From NCBI GenBank assembly GCA_900617105.1, contig UYFQ01000001.1, forward strand, positions 2,852,001-2,916,000: DNA of 64,000 bases, written 5' to 3'. This document shows, one piece after another, positions 21,525-31,495 of this stretch (its first letter is position 1; each line of letters opens with the position of its first letter). The stretch comes from Hydrurus foetidus (lineage: Eukaryota). A model generated the notes under the pieces. The model saw nothing but the letters and a program-made list of their open reading frames with translations. It was not told the origin of the DNA and did not search any database. A program made the position numbers and the translations under genes.

Positions 21525-22284
21525 TTTGAGATGAATTCGGCTTTTTGGGGCCGTTTTGCGCAGCGGGCGCGGGCGGCGATTCACCAGGGGCAACTACGGG
21601 CGCACCCGCCATGGCCCACAGCTGATTTAGCTTGACCAGCTCTTCATCAAAGCGCAAATTAACGCGTTGCTTTTCAAGATCTTGTTCAGTTAAAAACCGC
21701 CTTTGCACGGCTACGCTGGCGTCGTTTTCGTCTACCCGCCGCTTCAAAGCTGCGGGCGCTTTGCTGGGGTCTTTTTTGTAAAACTCCAGCTCCATACTGA
21801 TTGAGGCGCGCTGCTCTGCCAGCTCTTGCGTGCGCTTGGCTGACGCCTTGATCACTTCATTGACTTGCTCTATGGCTTGTGCGCGTTCTTTGTCGTGCAC
21901 AGCTTTATTGGGGTAGCGCGACAGCAGCGCGCGGTCACGGCGCTTTTCTTCCATCGCTGCGGCGCGTTCTTCCAGCGCGGCTTTTTCTTTGTCTTCTTGC
22001 GCGGTGCGCTCTTGCGCGGTGAGCGTGGGGCCGACGATGCGCTTGGTGGTGCCTTGCGGCGAAAGCTCGCGCTGGGTACGGTCGTTGCACTCCGCAATTG
22101 GCCGATCAGACGTGAGTTTGCGGCCTTTGGCATCAACGCACGAGTAAATGCTTTGCGCCGCAGCAAAGCCGCCTGCGTTTGCCGCAACAATCACTGCCAC
22201 AACGATTGCTAACTTACTCACTTCACGTCGCCTTTCTACTCTTGTTACGCCAAATAGTGACATTTTTGTAAACAGCCATCTCAT
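21514..22284 (-). CDS. DUF4124-like exported protein
   Basis: Signal-like segment then IYSCVDAKGRKLTSDRPIAEC and a coiled coil; start uncertain. Confidence 0.75.
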   Translation of the reverse strand: MRWLFTKMSLFGVTRVERRREVSKLAIVVAVIVAANAGGFAAAQSIYSCVDAKGRKLTSDRPIAECNDRTQRELSPQGTTKRIVGPTLTAQERTAQEDKEKAALEERAAAMEEKRRDRALLSRYPNKAVHDKERAQAIEQVNEVIKASAKRTQELAEQRASISMELEFYKKDPSKAPAALKRRVDENDASVAVQRRFLTEQDLEKQRVNLRFDEELVKLNQLWAMAGAPVVAPGESPPAPAAQNGPKKPNSSQIKY

Positions 22285-22313
22285 CGCTCGGTACAGAAAG
22301 GGCCAGATTTCGT

Positions 22314-23051
22314 CTAATCAATGCCGTACCGCTCCCGATATGCCAAAACTGCCGCATAACTACCGGTCTTTGCCTGATGAGCAGCACTATTCAGGCCAGC
22401 CGTTGCGTTTGCATCGGACTCTCGCTTTTGAAGATAGTCGAGCAAATCAGTTAACCGTGCAATAGCGCAAACCTGCAACCCCAGCTGATTAGTAACGTAC
22501 TGCACAGCACTGTGGGCTACATCCACACCGTTTTCTATTGCTTTTTCTTGCCTGTCTAGTGCAATGGCCACTGCGTGGGGCGTGCCGCCTGCCGCCAAAA
22601 TAATGGCAATCGACTCTCGGGTTGCCGTGCCAGCGGACATCACGTCATCAACGATCAGCACCCGGCCTTTGATGGGCGCGCCCACCAGGGTGCCGCCTTC
22701 GCCGTGATCTTTGGCTTCTTTTCGGTTGTAGGCAAATGGCAAATTGCGGCCCAGGCGGGCCAACTCAACGGCCACCGTTGCCGCCAGCGGAATGCCCTTG
22801 TAAGCCGGGCCAAAAATCATGTCGAATTGCAGGCCCGTTTTGTCTTCTTCTGCCAACAGGCACTGCGCATAAAATTGCGCTAGCCGCCCAAGTTTGGCGC
22901 CATCGTCAAACAAACCCGCGTTGAAAAAGTACGGGCTCATTCGCCCGGCTTTGGTTTTGAATTGCCCAAACTTGAGCACGCCAGACTCAATGGCAAACTG
23001 CACGAAGTCTTGCGCCAATTGGCTGCTTTTTGTTGAACCCTGCCCCGCCAT
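22314..23051 (-). CDS. pyrE: Orotate phosphoribosyltransferase
   Basis: FKTKAGRMSPYFFNAG, FGPAYKGIP, NRKEAKDHGEGG, IVDDVMSAGT. Confidence 0.97.
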   Translation of the reverse strand: MAGQGSTKSSQLAQDFVQFAIESGVLKFGQFKTKAGRMSPYFFNAGLFDDGAKLGRLAQFYAQCLLAEEDKTGLQFDMIFGPAYKGIPLAATVAVELARLGRNLPFAYNRKEAKDHGEGGTLVGAPIKGRVLIVDDVMSAGTATRESIAIILAAGGTPHAVAIALDRQEKAIENGVDVAHSAVQYVTNQLGLQVCAIARLTDLLDYLQKRESDANATAGLNSAAHQAKTGSYAAVLAYRERYGID

Positions 23052-23064
23052 AGGAGTTGACCTT

Positions 23065-23868
23065 TTGTTTAAATTAACCAGCTTGAACCTGAACGGCATT
23101 CGCTCGGCAACCAGCAAGGGCCTTGAAGCCTGGCTCGCGCACTACCAGCCGGATTGTATTTGCGTGCAGGAAGTCAAAGCCCAGGCCGCCGATGTGCTGG
23201 GCCGGTTTGAGGAGTTGGCGGGCATGAAAGGTTACTTTCATTTCGCCGAGAAAAAGGGTTATTCGGGCGTAGGCATTTACACCAAGCACGAACCATCAGA
23301 CGTCATCATCGGCTACGGCTCCAAAGAGTTTGATGCCGAAGGCCGATTTATTGAGCTGCGCTTTGACCGGCCGGGCCGCGCGCAGCTGCCCAAGTTTTCG
23401 ATAGTTAGTGCATACTTTCCCAGCGGCTCTTCTGGACCCGAGAGGCAAGAGGCCAAGTTTCGATTTTTGGCCGAGTTTTATCCGCACCTGCTGGGCATCA
23501 AAGCGCAGCGCGACTACATCCTGTGCGGCGACATCAACATCGCGCATCAAGAAATTGATTTGAAAAACTTCAAGAGCAACAAAAAAAACAGCGGCTTCTT
23601 GCCGGAAGAACGCGCCTGGATGACACGGCTCCTGAGCGAGGCGGGCAAGGTTGACGTGTATCGCCGACTGCAACCCACCACTACAGACGCCGCCTACACC
23701 TGGTGGAGCAACCGGGGCCAAGCCTACGCCAACAACGTCGGCTGGCGGCTTGACTACCACCTGGCCACGCCAGCCGCGGCAGCGCTGGCACGCACCGAGC
23801 ACATCTACAAAGAGCAGCGATTTTCAGACCACGCGCCGATGACGATTGACTATGACTTCGCGCTTTAA
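23065..23868 (+). CDS. xth: Exodeoxyribonuclease III
   Basis: SLNLNGIRSA, VQEVK, GYSGV, GDINIAH, GWRLDY, SDHAP; TTG start after AGGAG. Confidence 0.95.
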   Translation: MFKLTSLNLNGIRSATSKGLEAWLAHYQPDCICVQEVKAQAADVLGRFEELAGMKGYFHFAEKKGYSGVGIYTKHEPSDVIIGYGSKEFDAEGRFIELRFDRPGRAQLPKFSIVSAYFPSGSSGPERQEAKFRFLAEFYPHLLGIKAQRDYILCGDINIAHQEIDLKNFKSNKKNSGFLPEERAWMTRLLSEAGKVDVYRRLQPTTTDAAYTWWSNRGQAYANNVGWRLDYHLATPAAAALARTEHIYKEQRFSDHAPMTIDYDFAL

Positions 23869-24138
23869 GCACTCTTAGCCTCAGGGGCCGAAGGGCTCAA
23901 CGGCCGGACGTTCGTAGCGCTCGACTGCAGACGGCTTATTTTCTGACACGCCCGTGCGCTGCTTGCCTGCGCAGCCAGGCGCGTGGGCAGGTTATCTTTT
24001 CCTGGCGACCAAAGCGACTGTAAAACGGGGCGCAGCGAGACCAATGATGGGTCACTTGCCTCTGCGTCGCTTTGCAATTCGCAAGCGCTCACCTAACCAC
24101 CTGCAGCCCTGCGCGGCCGCACACCTCAAGGAAGACAA

Positions 24139-24828
24139 ATGAAAATTTTGATGGTTCTCACCTCACACGACCAGCTTGGCACAACCGGCAAAAAAACTGG
24201 CTTCTGGCTTGAAGAATTCGCGGCGCCCTACTATGTTTTTAAAGACGCGGGCGCTGACATTACCGTGGTGTCGCCGGCAGGTGGTCAGCCGCCGCTGGAC
24301 CCGAGCAGCGATGCACCCGACTCGCAAACAGACTCCACGCGGCGCTTTAAAGCTGACAAAGACGCGCAAGCCGTACTGGCGCACACCGGCAAACTCGCTG
24401 GCGCCTCTGGAGCAGATTTTGATGCGCTGTTTTACCCTGGCGGCCACGGCCCGTTGTGGGACTTGGCTGAAAGCGCTGACTCCATCAAACTGATTGAGTC
24501 GATGTTCGCCGCCGGTAAAACCATTTCGGCGGTTTGCCACGCGCCCGCAGTGTTTCGCCACACCAAGGCCGCTGACGGCTCGCCGCTGGTCAAGGGCAAA
24601 AAAGTCACCGGTTTTACCAACACCGAAGAGGCAGCAGTAAAGCTGACCGATATCGTTCCCTTTTTAGTAGAAAACATGCTGACAAAAAACGGCGGGCTCT
24701 ACAGCAAAGGCGCCGACTGGCAATCCTATGTGGTGACGGACGGCAAGCTGATCACCGGCCAAAACCCGGCATCTTCTGAAGCCGCTGCCAAGGCGGTGCT
24801 GCAGCAGCTCAAAGACGCAAAGTCTTAA
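24139..24828 (+). CDS. DJ-1/PfpI (type 1 glutamine amidotransferase-like) protein
   Basis: TGFWLEEFAAPY, YPGGHGPLWDL, AVCHAP, ITGQNPAS. Confidence 0.92.
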   Translation: MKILMVLTSHDQLGTTGKKTGFWLEEFAAPYYVFKDAGADITVVSPAGGQPPLDPSSDAPDSQTDSTRRFKADKDAQAVLAHTGKLAGASGADFDALFYPGGHGPLWDLAESADSIKLIESMFAAGKTISAVCHAPAVFRHTKAADGSPLVKGKKVTGFTNTEEAAVKLTDIVPFLVENMLTKNGGLYSKGADWQSYVVTDGKLITGQNPASSEAAAKAVLQQLKDAKS

Positions 24829-24876
24829 CCAGCCGCTTTATTTATTCATATTTACCACCCCACCGAGCAAGAACGC

Positions 24877-26247
24877 ATGGCCTACCTAAGCACCAACCCC
24901 TTCACCGGAAAAGTCGAAAAACGTTTTGACGACATTAGCGCTACTGCGCTTGAAGAAAAAATGGCAGCGGCACACAACTGTTTTAAAAGCGATTGGTCAG
25001 CCCGCAGCTACGCAGACCGCACCGCCATTTTGAAGCGCGCCGCCGCACTGATGCGCGAGCGGGCGCAACCGCTGGCCGAACTGATTACGCTAGAGATGGG
25101 CAAATTAATTGCGCAGAGCTTGGGTGAGGTTGCGCTTAGCGCATCGATTTTGGACTACTACGCCGACCATGCCGAGCAATTTTTGGCGCCCGAAAAACTG
25201 GCCACGCCCAAGGGCGAAGCGATGGTAGAAAGCAGCCCGATTGGCGTGCTATTTGGCGTGGAACCCTGGAACTACCCGTACTACCAGGTTGCACGATTTG
25301 CGGCGCCCAACCTGATGGCGGGCAATGTGGTGATGGTTAAGCACGCGTCCAGCGTGCCGCAATGCGCACTGGCGTTTGAGCAACTGATGATGGATGCTGG
25401 CGCACCGGCTGGGGCGTACACCAATGTGTTTGCCTCTAAGGATCAGGTAGCGCAAATAATTGAAGACCCGCGAATTCGCGCGGTGGCACTAACTGGCAGC
25501 GAAGCAGCGGGCGCCATCGTGGCCGCGCACGCCGGCAAACAGCTTAAAAAGACCACGCTGGAGCTGGGCGGCAGCGATGCCTTCATTGTGCTGGACGATG
25601 CCGATATGGACAAGGCGATCAAGCACGCCGTCAGCGGGCGCATGGGCAATGCTGGCCAAGCCTGCACTGCGTCAAAACGATTCATTGTTGTTGAGGCGTT
25701 GGCCAGCAGTTTCCTCGAAAAATTTCAGTCTGCGCTGGGCGAGTTTGCACCGGGCGACCCGATGGACAAAGCCACCACGCTGGCTCCGCTGTCTTCAGCT
25801 TCGGCGCTTGAAAATTTACTAAAGCAAGTGGATGCGGCGGCTAACCACGGCGCACGTGTGGTCATGGGCGGCAAGCGCATTGACGGCCTGCCGGGTAACT
25901 TCATGCAGCCCACCATTTTGGTAGACGTTGACCCGAAAAATCCGGCTTACAAAGAAGAGTTTTTTGGGCCCGTAGCGATGTTTTTCAGGGTGGCCGATGA
26001 AGACGCCGCCATTGCGTTGGCCAACGACTCGCCGTTTGGCTTGGGCGGCTCGGTTTTTACCCAAGACATTGAACGAGGCAAGCGCGTAGCCCGCCAGATT
26101 GACACCGGCATGGTGTTTATCAACTCGGGCGCGGCGTCGTCGCCTGAGCTGCCTTTTGGCGGCGTTAAAAATTCAGGCTATGGCCGAGAGTTGTCTGGCG
26201 CGGGCATTCAAGAGTTCGTTAACAAGAAATTAATTCGCGTCAGTTAG
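24877..26247 (+). CDS. NAD(P)-dependent succinate-semialdehyde dehydrogenase family
   Basis: EPWNYP, LELGGSD, AGQACT, EEFFGP, PFGGVKNSGYGRE. Confidence 0.9.
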   Translation: MAYLSTNPFTGKVEKRFDDISATALEEKMAAAHNCFKSDWSARSYADRTAILKRAAALMRERAQPLAELITLEMGKLIAQSLGEVALSASILDYYADHAEQFLAPEKLATPKGEAMVESSPIGVLFGVEPWNYPYYQVARFAAPNLMAGNVVMVKHASSVPQCALAFEQLMMDAGAPAGAYTNVFASKDQVAQIIEDPRIRAVALTGSEAAGAIVAAHAGKQLKKTTLELGGSDAFIVLDDADMDKAIKHAVSGRMGNAGQACTASKRFIVVEALASSFLEKFQSALGEFAPGDPMDKATTLAPLSSASALENLLKQVDAAANHGARVVMGGKRIDGLPGNFMQPTILVDVDPKNPAYKEEFFGPVAMFFRVADEDAAIALANDSPFGLGGSVFTQDIERGKRVARQIDTGMVFINSGAASSPELPFGGVKNSGYGRELSGAGIQEFVNKKLIRVS

Positions 26248-26265
26248 GTCACTAGGTGCCAATTT

Positions 26266-26327
26266 TGCTATGGCATTCATAGCTGCTTGCGCCTATAAAT
26301 TAGGGGCTGCAAGGCTATTTAATGCTA
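26266..26327 (+). repeat. Repeat A, copy 7
   Basis: TGCTATGGCATTCATAGCTGCTTGCGCCTATAAATTAGGGGCTGCAAGGC. Confidence 0.8.
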
Positions 26328-26753
26328 CTTCCACCCCAAAACAGCTTTGTCTTGTTCGTCAAGCGAGTCTGGCACACCTGACGTGATCAGCTTGGCGAAG
26401 TCTTCGTCGGGCACCATGGTGGTCAAGCAGTAAAGCCGGGTGGCCCCTAGGTTGCGTACGGCATGCGAATGGCCGGGGCGCAGCAGCAACACCGAGCCCG
26501 GCTTGACGTTGACCTCGGTATCGCCCAGCTTGGCAACGCCCTGACCGTGCAGCACTACAAACACTTCTTCAGCCGCGCGGTGCTGATTCGGCGGCGTAAA
26601 CCCGCCCACATCAAAAATCTCCAGCACTTGAATAAAACCCGTTTTCTCCACCAGCGGGTCTACCAGCATGACGAACTTGTTGGTCTCACCCGCAGCAATC
26701 CGAAACACCGGGCAGTCGGCAGCGGCCAGGTGCGTAAAAGCAGGCTGCTTCAC
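26325..26753 (-). CDS. Cupin domain protein
   Basis: TPPNQHRAAEEVFVVLHGQG...HAVRN; GTG start overlaps the upstream stop. Confidence 0.8.
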   Translation of the reverse strand: MKQPAFTHLAAADCPVFRIAAGETNKFVMLVDPLVEKTGFIQVLEIFDVGGFTPPNQHRAAEEVFVVLHGQGVAKLGDTEVNVKPGSVLLLRPGHSHAVRNLGATRLYCLTTMVPDEDFAKLITSGVPDSLDEQDKAVLGWK

Positions 26754-27550
26754 GTCAAAAATCCGCTGGATTGCGTGGTGAAACCAAAGCACTGGCGCAC
26801 GTTGTACAGCGTGGCGTCCCAGCAGAACGCGGGCGACGTGGTGGCCGTGCAGTCTTCCAGCAGCACGCAGTCGTAACCCAAAAAGTTTGCGTCCATCAGC
26901 GTAGCCAGCACGCACTGGTCGGCGTTAACGCCCGCAAACAGCAAGGTTTTAATATCGAGGTTGCGCAACACAGAGTCCAGGCAGGTGTCATAAAAACCGC
27001 TCATGCGGAATTTGTCGATGCTGATATCGCTGTGTGCTTTTACCAGCTCGCCCACCACCGCCGCACCCCAAGAATCGGCCTGCAGCACCGGACTGAGTTG
27101 GTCGCCAGACGGCCCAGCCACCAAGGCGTCGCCCAGCCCCACCGAGCGACCGTCGCCGTTGTAGACATGCAGAGCTGACGGACTTAAGTTAAGTTTGTCG
27201 GGCCGATTGCCCCAGTTCACCCACAGCACAGGCACGTGTTGATTGCGCAGTGCAGGCAGCAGCGCCTGCAGCGGCTCAATCGGGCCCCGCGCGGCTGCAA
27301 CATCGACGCCAATCGACGCGAGCCAACCACTGGTGTGACAAAAATCGTTTTGCATGTCGATCACGACCACCGCAGTGCGGCTTAAATCGATGGTCAAGTC
27401 TTGCGGCAACGCAGGCAGCGCCAAGGGCTGGTAGACGGCTTTCAGGCGAGTCAGGTCGCACTGCTGCGCGTTCACGCGCCACTGGTTGCGCGGGCTTGAG
27501 CCCAGCGCCAGCAGCTCGCCAGACAAGTCATCAACCGGAATTGCGCTCAT
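26750..27550 (-). CDS. Isochorismatase-family cysteine hydrolase
   Basis: VVIDMQNDFC, KFRMSGF, AGVNADQCV (D-K-C triad). Confidence 0.9.
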   Translation of the reverse strand: MSAIPVDDLSGELLALGSSPRNQWRVNAQQCDLTRLKAVYQPLALPALPQDLTIDLSRTAVVVIDMQNDFCHTSGWLASIGVDVAAARGPIEPLQALLPALRNQHVPVLWVNWGNRPDKLNLSPSALHVYNGDGRSVGLGDALVAGPSGDQLSPVLQADSWGAAVVGELVKAHSDISIDKFRMSGFYDTCLDSVLRNLDIKTLLFAGVNADQCVLATLMDANFLGYDCVLLEDCTATTSPAFCWDATLYNVRQCFGFTTQSSGFLT

Positions 27551-27709
27551 GGTGCGGGTGCCTCAAAAAAGCCGCACCTGGCGCATAGCAGGGCCTTGGC
27601 GTTCGTGGTGCGGCTGTGGGTGCGGGTAACGTTGACCATGAGCGCAGTCTATTGCAAATTGCTCCAAACGTCAGGGGCGGTCACCATCGCTTTTTATAGT
27701 CGCCTGCAA

Positions 27710-28144
27710 TCAGGTGTCCATCCAGCTGACGTGGGCCGAAACCACACGCCAGCCGGACTCAAACTTGACCCAGGTCTGCGACTGCCTGCCTATGCGCGGC
27801 TCGGTGCTGCGTTTAAAGGTGATGTTGGCCACACCCATGGCGTCGCCAAAAGCCACGATGTACCGGTCAATTATTTCACGGTTCAAGCCCGCGCTGGGCC
27901 GCGACGCCCGAAACGCCTTGATTTGATCCACCCCAAACAAATTTTCCTTCGCGCCAAAACGCAGCGTGAGCGGGTTGCTCCAAAATAGCTCGTCAAGCAC
28001 GGCTACCTTGTTGTGCACCAGTGCGTCTTCATACGCATCAAAGGCGGCGTTGAGTTCGGCCAATGCGTCGGGCGTGTTGATGGATGTGGGTGATAGCGTC
28101 AAGGCGGTCAATCGGTGTGAACTTAAATTCAAAGGTCGGTTCAA
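27710..28144 (-). CDS. AtzH/HpxZ-like (DUF3225) protein
   Basis: YEDALV.NKVAVLDELFW, GRQSQTWV, GWRVVSAHVS; start uncertain. Confidence 0.85.
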   Translation of the reverse strand: MNRPLNLSSHRLTALTLSPTSINTPDALAELNAAFDAYEDALVHNKVAVLDELFWSNPLTLRFGAKENLFGVDQIKAFRASRPSAGLNREIIDRYIVAFGDAMGVANITFKRSTEPRIGRQSQTWVKFESGWRVVSAHVSWMDT

Positions 28145-28150
28145 GCCGCG

Positions 28151-28320
28151 TTAAACCACAATGTGCGCAATCTGACCCAACGCGTGGTCTAGTCGAACAC
28201 TCTGGTAGTCAACAATATTGGTGTCGCTGAGTTCGAGGTTAACAAAATCGACCTTAGCTTCAAAAAAATAAGGCCCGGCATGCCACGTACTTCGGTGCAA
28301 TACCAGCGCAGTCTTCGGCT
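28151..28320 (-). pseudogene. 3' remnant of an ureidoglycolate lyase-like gene
   Basis: Hand translation PKTALVLHRSTWHAGPYFFEAKVDFVNLELSDTNIVDYQSVRLDHALGQIAHIVV*; no start; the TWHAGP and NLELSDTN motifs are recalled from that family. Confidence 0.65.
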
Positions 28321-28362
28321 GGTTCCAGCAACGTCCCGTGATCGGCGATGTTGGCGAAGGTT

Positions 28363-28400
28363 GCTGCTTGAGCCCGTATTTATTGGACTACAGGCCTAAA
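28363..28400 (+). repeat. Repeat A, copy 8 (5'-truncated)
   Basis: GCTGCTTGAGCCCGTATTTATTGGACTACAGGCC, lacking the GCTA..TAG head. Confidence 0.8.
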
Positions 28401-28410
28401 GAAGGCAGAG

Positions 28411-29244
28411 TTAACCGCGAGCTTTCTGATACAACCCCTGCACTTTAGGCACGTTGGCCTGCAGTTCCTGAATGCGCTGCGGGCCTGACGGATGGGTTGA
28501 TAAAAACCCCGGGCCGCCCGCGCCGCCACCGGCCTTGGCCATTTTTTCCCACAAGCTGACGCTGGCCTGCGGGTTGTAGCCGCCGCGTGCGGCAAGTTCC
28601 AAACCCACCAAATCGGCATCGGTTTCGTCTTCGCGGCTGAACTTGAGGGTCAACAACTGCGTGCCCAAACCAGCCACCACGTTGCCCAGCTGCCCCAGCC
28701 CTAACAATTGTGAGCCGATTGACAAAATAGTGCCGGTACCCTGACTTTTAGCGATGCGGGCTCGCGCATGCTCACGCAGGGCATGCGCCATTTCGTGGCC
28801 CATGATCATGGCGGTTTCGTCGTCAGTTAATTGCAGCTGGTCAAGAATGCCAGTGTAAAAAGCGATTTTGCCGCCGGGCATGCAAAACGCATTGATTTGC
28901 TTGCTGTTCAGTAAATTGACTTCCCACTTCCAGCCAGTGGAGCGGTCGTTCCACTGCGCGGTTTGCGGCACCAGCTTGGTGGCAATGCGCTGCAGGCGTG
29001 CCAGCTGCGGGTTGCCTTGTGGCGCAAGCGCGCCTTTAGAGCTGGCCTCGGCCATCATTTGCGCGTACTGCTGGGCGGCGGCTTGTTCTAAATCGCCTGC
29101 CGGTACCAGCTTACGCAGGTTCGACGACTTGCCGACCTCGACTTGCGCGGCCGCAGGCACAGCAACGGCGCTGCCAGCAGCTGCCAGTAAAAAAGCTCGG
29201 CGGCCAACCCAAGCAGAACTTTTAGCCTCGCATAGGAAACACAT
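28411..29244 (-). CDS. M48 family metallopeptidase
   Basis: INAFCMPGGKI, GHEMAH, FSREDETDAD, FLSTHP. Confidence 0.93.
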   Translation of the reverse strand: MCFLCEAKSSAWVGRRAFLLAAAGSAVAVPAAAQVEVGKSSNLRKLVPAGDLEQAAAQQYAQMMAEASSKGALAPQGNPQLARLQRIATKLVPQTAQWNDRSTGWKWEVNLLNSKQINAFCMPGGKIAFYTGILDQLQLTDDETAMIMGHEMAHALREHARARIAKSQGTGTILSIGSQLLGLGQLGNVVAGLGTQLLTLKFSREDETDADLVGLELAARGGYNPQASVSLWEKMAKAGGGAGGPGFLSTHPSGPQRIQELQANVPKVQGLYQKARG

Positions 29245-29301
29245 GCGCTAATAATACCGATAAAGCCAATTCACCACAGCAGACAAACCCCGTCATCCAA
29301 A

Positions 29302-30687
29302 ATGCAAGTAGCGCCTTTAGCCACCGAGAACCACAAGCCCGCCAAGCGCCCTTGGAGCGCGGTGTTTGCGGTGTACGCCGAGCCCGCCACCCTGCGCATG
29401 TTGCTGCTGGGGTTTTCTGCCGGGTTGCCATTGCTGCTGGTGTTTGGAACGCTGAGTTTTTGGCTGCGCGAGGCGGGCGTGAACCGCACCACGATTGGCT
29501 ACCTTAGCTGGGTAGGGCTGGCCTACGGATTCAAATGGGTGTGGGCGCCGCTGGTTGACCGCATGCCGATACCCGTGCTGACGCGATTGCTGGGGCGGCG
29601 GCGAAGCTGGTTGCTGGCATCGCAACTCACCATCATGGGCGCGCTGATTGGCATTGGCCTGACCGACCCCAAACTGGCGCTTATGCCGGTGGTGTGGTGT
29701 GCGTTGGCGATTGCGATTGGCTCGGCTACGCAAGACATTGCACTGGACGCCTACCGCATTGAATCCGCCGATGCTGACCACCAAGCGGCGCTCGCATCAA
29801 GCTACATGACGGGCTACCGTATTGCGATGATTTGGGCTGGCGCAGGCGCGCTGTGGATTGCCGCGCGCTCTGAAGTCAGCGGCGTGGTCGGCTACCAGCA
29901 GGGCGCTTGGCAAACGGCTTATTGGGTGATGGCCGCTTCGATGTTGCTGGGTGTGGTAACCGTTTTGCTGTCGCCCGAACCCGCTGCGCGTGCGCTCAAA
30001 CCCGCGCGCAACGCCGCCGAATGGTTGCAAGGCGCATTGATAGAGCCGTTTGCCGATTTCTTGCGGCGCTACGGCAAGCAGGCTATTTTGATCTTGGCGT
30101 TGATTGCGGTGTACCGCATCAGCGATGTGGTGATGGGCATCATGGCCAATCCGTTTTATGTCGACATGGGTTACACCAAAGACGAAGTAGCGGCCGTGAC
30201 CAAAATCTACGGCGTCATCATGACGCTGGTTGGCGCTTTTATCGGCGGCGCGTTAGCCATGCGCTTTGGCGTGATGCGGGTGCTGATGCTGGGCGGCGTG
30301 CTGTCGGCAGCCAGCAATTTGCTGTTTGCTTGGCTGGGTACGCGCGGCCATGATGTGACGGCGCTGACGTTTGTGATTTCTGCTGACAATTTATCTAGCG
30401 GCATTGCCTCTGCGGCTTTTGTGGCGTATTTGTCGAGCCTGACCAACGTGAATTATTCAGCCACGCAGTACGCGCTGTTCAGCTCGATGATGCTGCTGTT
30501 GCCAAAATTTTTGGCGGGCTATTCTGGCGCGATGGTCGATTCGTTTGGCTACAGTCAATTTTTTACCGCCACGGCTTTGATGGGCGTGCCGGTACTTGGC
30601 CTGGTTTACTTGGCGTCGCGCATTCATCCGGTGCCAGCAAAAACAGACGCTACCGCCACCGCGCAAAATGCAGCTTCGGGCACCTGA
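29302..30687 (+). CDS. ampG: AmpG-family muropeptide MFS permease
   Basis: LGFSAGLP, FKWVWAPLVD, SATQDIALDAYRIE, SATQYALFSS. Confidence 0.92.
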   Translation: MQVAPLATENHKPAKRPWSAVFAVYAEPATLRMLLLGFSAGLPLLLVFGTLSFWLREAGVNRTTIGYLSWVGLAYGFKWVWAPLVDRMPIPVLTRLLGRRRSWLLASQLTIMGALIGIGLTDPKLALMPVVWCALAIAIGSATQDIALDAYRIESADADHQAALASSYMTGYRIAMIWAGAGALWIAARSEVSGVVGYQQGAWQTAYWVMAASMLLGVVTVLLSPEPAARALKPARNAAEWLQGALIEPFADFLRRYGKQAILILALIAVYRISDVVMGIMANPFYVDMGYTKDEVAAVTKIYGVIMTLVGAFIGGALAMRFGVMRVLMLGGVLSAASNLLFAWLGTRGHDVTALTFVISADNLSSGIASAAFVAYLSSLTNVNYSATQYALFSSMMLLLPKFLAGYSGAMVDSFGYSQFFTATALMGVPVLGLVYLASRIHPVPAKTDATATAQNAASGT

Positions 30688-30779
30688 CACCGACCAGCTA
30701 AGGCGCCGCCGGAAAGTTTTTTACCCCATCTTTACAAAGGCGACAAACCCCCGCGCCGCAAAAGAAGGAGGATGAGTCG

Positions 30780-31481
30780 ATGTCAACACAGCAGCTTTTG
30801 ATGATTGAAGACGACACCCGGCTGGCCAGCATGGTGGGCGAGTACTTGCGGCAGTCGGGCTACGGCTTTGCCCACGCGCTAGACGGTGAAACCGGCCTGG
30901 CTGAGCTGCAGACGACTCCCACTGATTTGGTCATACTTGACCTGATGCTGCCGGGCATCGACGGTTTGGAAGTGTGCCGCCGCATCAAAGGCTTGGGCAA
31001 CGGCACGGCCGTGTTGATGCTGACAGCCAAGGGCGACCCGATGGACCGCATTGTGGGCCTGGAAATGGGCGCCGATGACTATTTGCCCAAACCGTTTGAG
31101 CCGCGCGAGCTGCTGGCGCGTATTCGGGCGGTGCTGCGCCGGGGCGACACCGCCGCCGCAGGCAATGGTCAAAAATCGATGCAGTTTGGCACGCTTGAAA
31201 TTGACCGCTACGCGCGCACCGTCAGCGTGTCGGGCAAGCCGTGCGACCTGACGTCTTACCAGTTTGACCTGCTGGTGGCGCTGGCAGAACGAGCGGGCCG
31301 CGTACTGACCCGCGACCAGATCATGGAAGCCGTGCGCGGCCGCGAGCTGGAGGCATTTGACCGTTCGATTGACGTGCACATGGGCCGCATTCGCCAAGCC
31401 ATTGAGTTTGATGCCAAAGAGCCCAAGCGCATTCTTACCGTGCGCGGCGTGGGCTACGTGTTTGCCAAGCAGCAAGACTAA
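30780..31481 (+). CDS. OmpR-family response regulator
   Basis: IEDD, LDLMLPG, GADDYLPKPF, DRSIDVH, TVRGVGY. Confidence 0.95.
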   Translation: MSTQQLLMIEDDTRLASMVGEYLRQSGYGFAHALDGETGLAELQTTPTDLVILDLMLPGIDGLEVCRRIKGLGNGTAVLMLTAKGDPMDRIVGLEMGADDYLPKPFEPRELLARIRAVLRRGDTAAAGNGQKSMQFGTLEIDRYARTVSVSGKPCDLTSYQFDLLVALAERAGRVLTRDQIMEAVRGRELEAFDRSIDVHMGRIRQAIEFDAKEPKRILTVRGVGYVFAKQQD

Positions 31482-31495
31482 AAAGACTTTGACGA

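Noticed and set aside
22360..22420. Possible degenerate repeat A in the pyrE C-terminus (and near 38755-38835)
   Set aside because: Only short partial similarity; the GCGCCCG...GGGCT core is missing.
22894..23117. Long overlapping N-terminal extensions of xth and pyrE in the ORF track (similarly gatC, mreB, gatB, hsdM, the SBP)
   Set aside because: These are longest-ORF artefacts; family homology starts at later codons.
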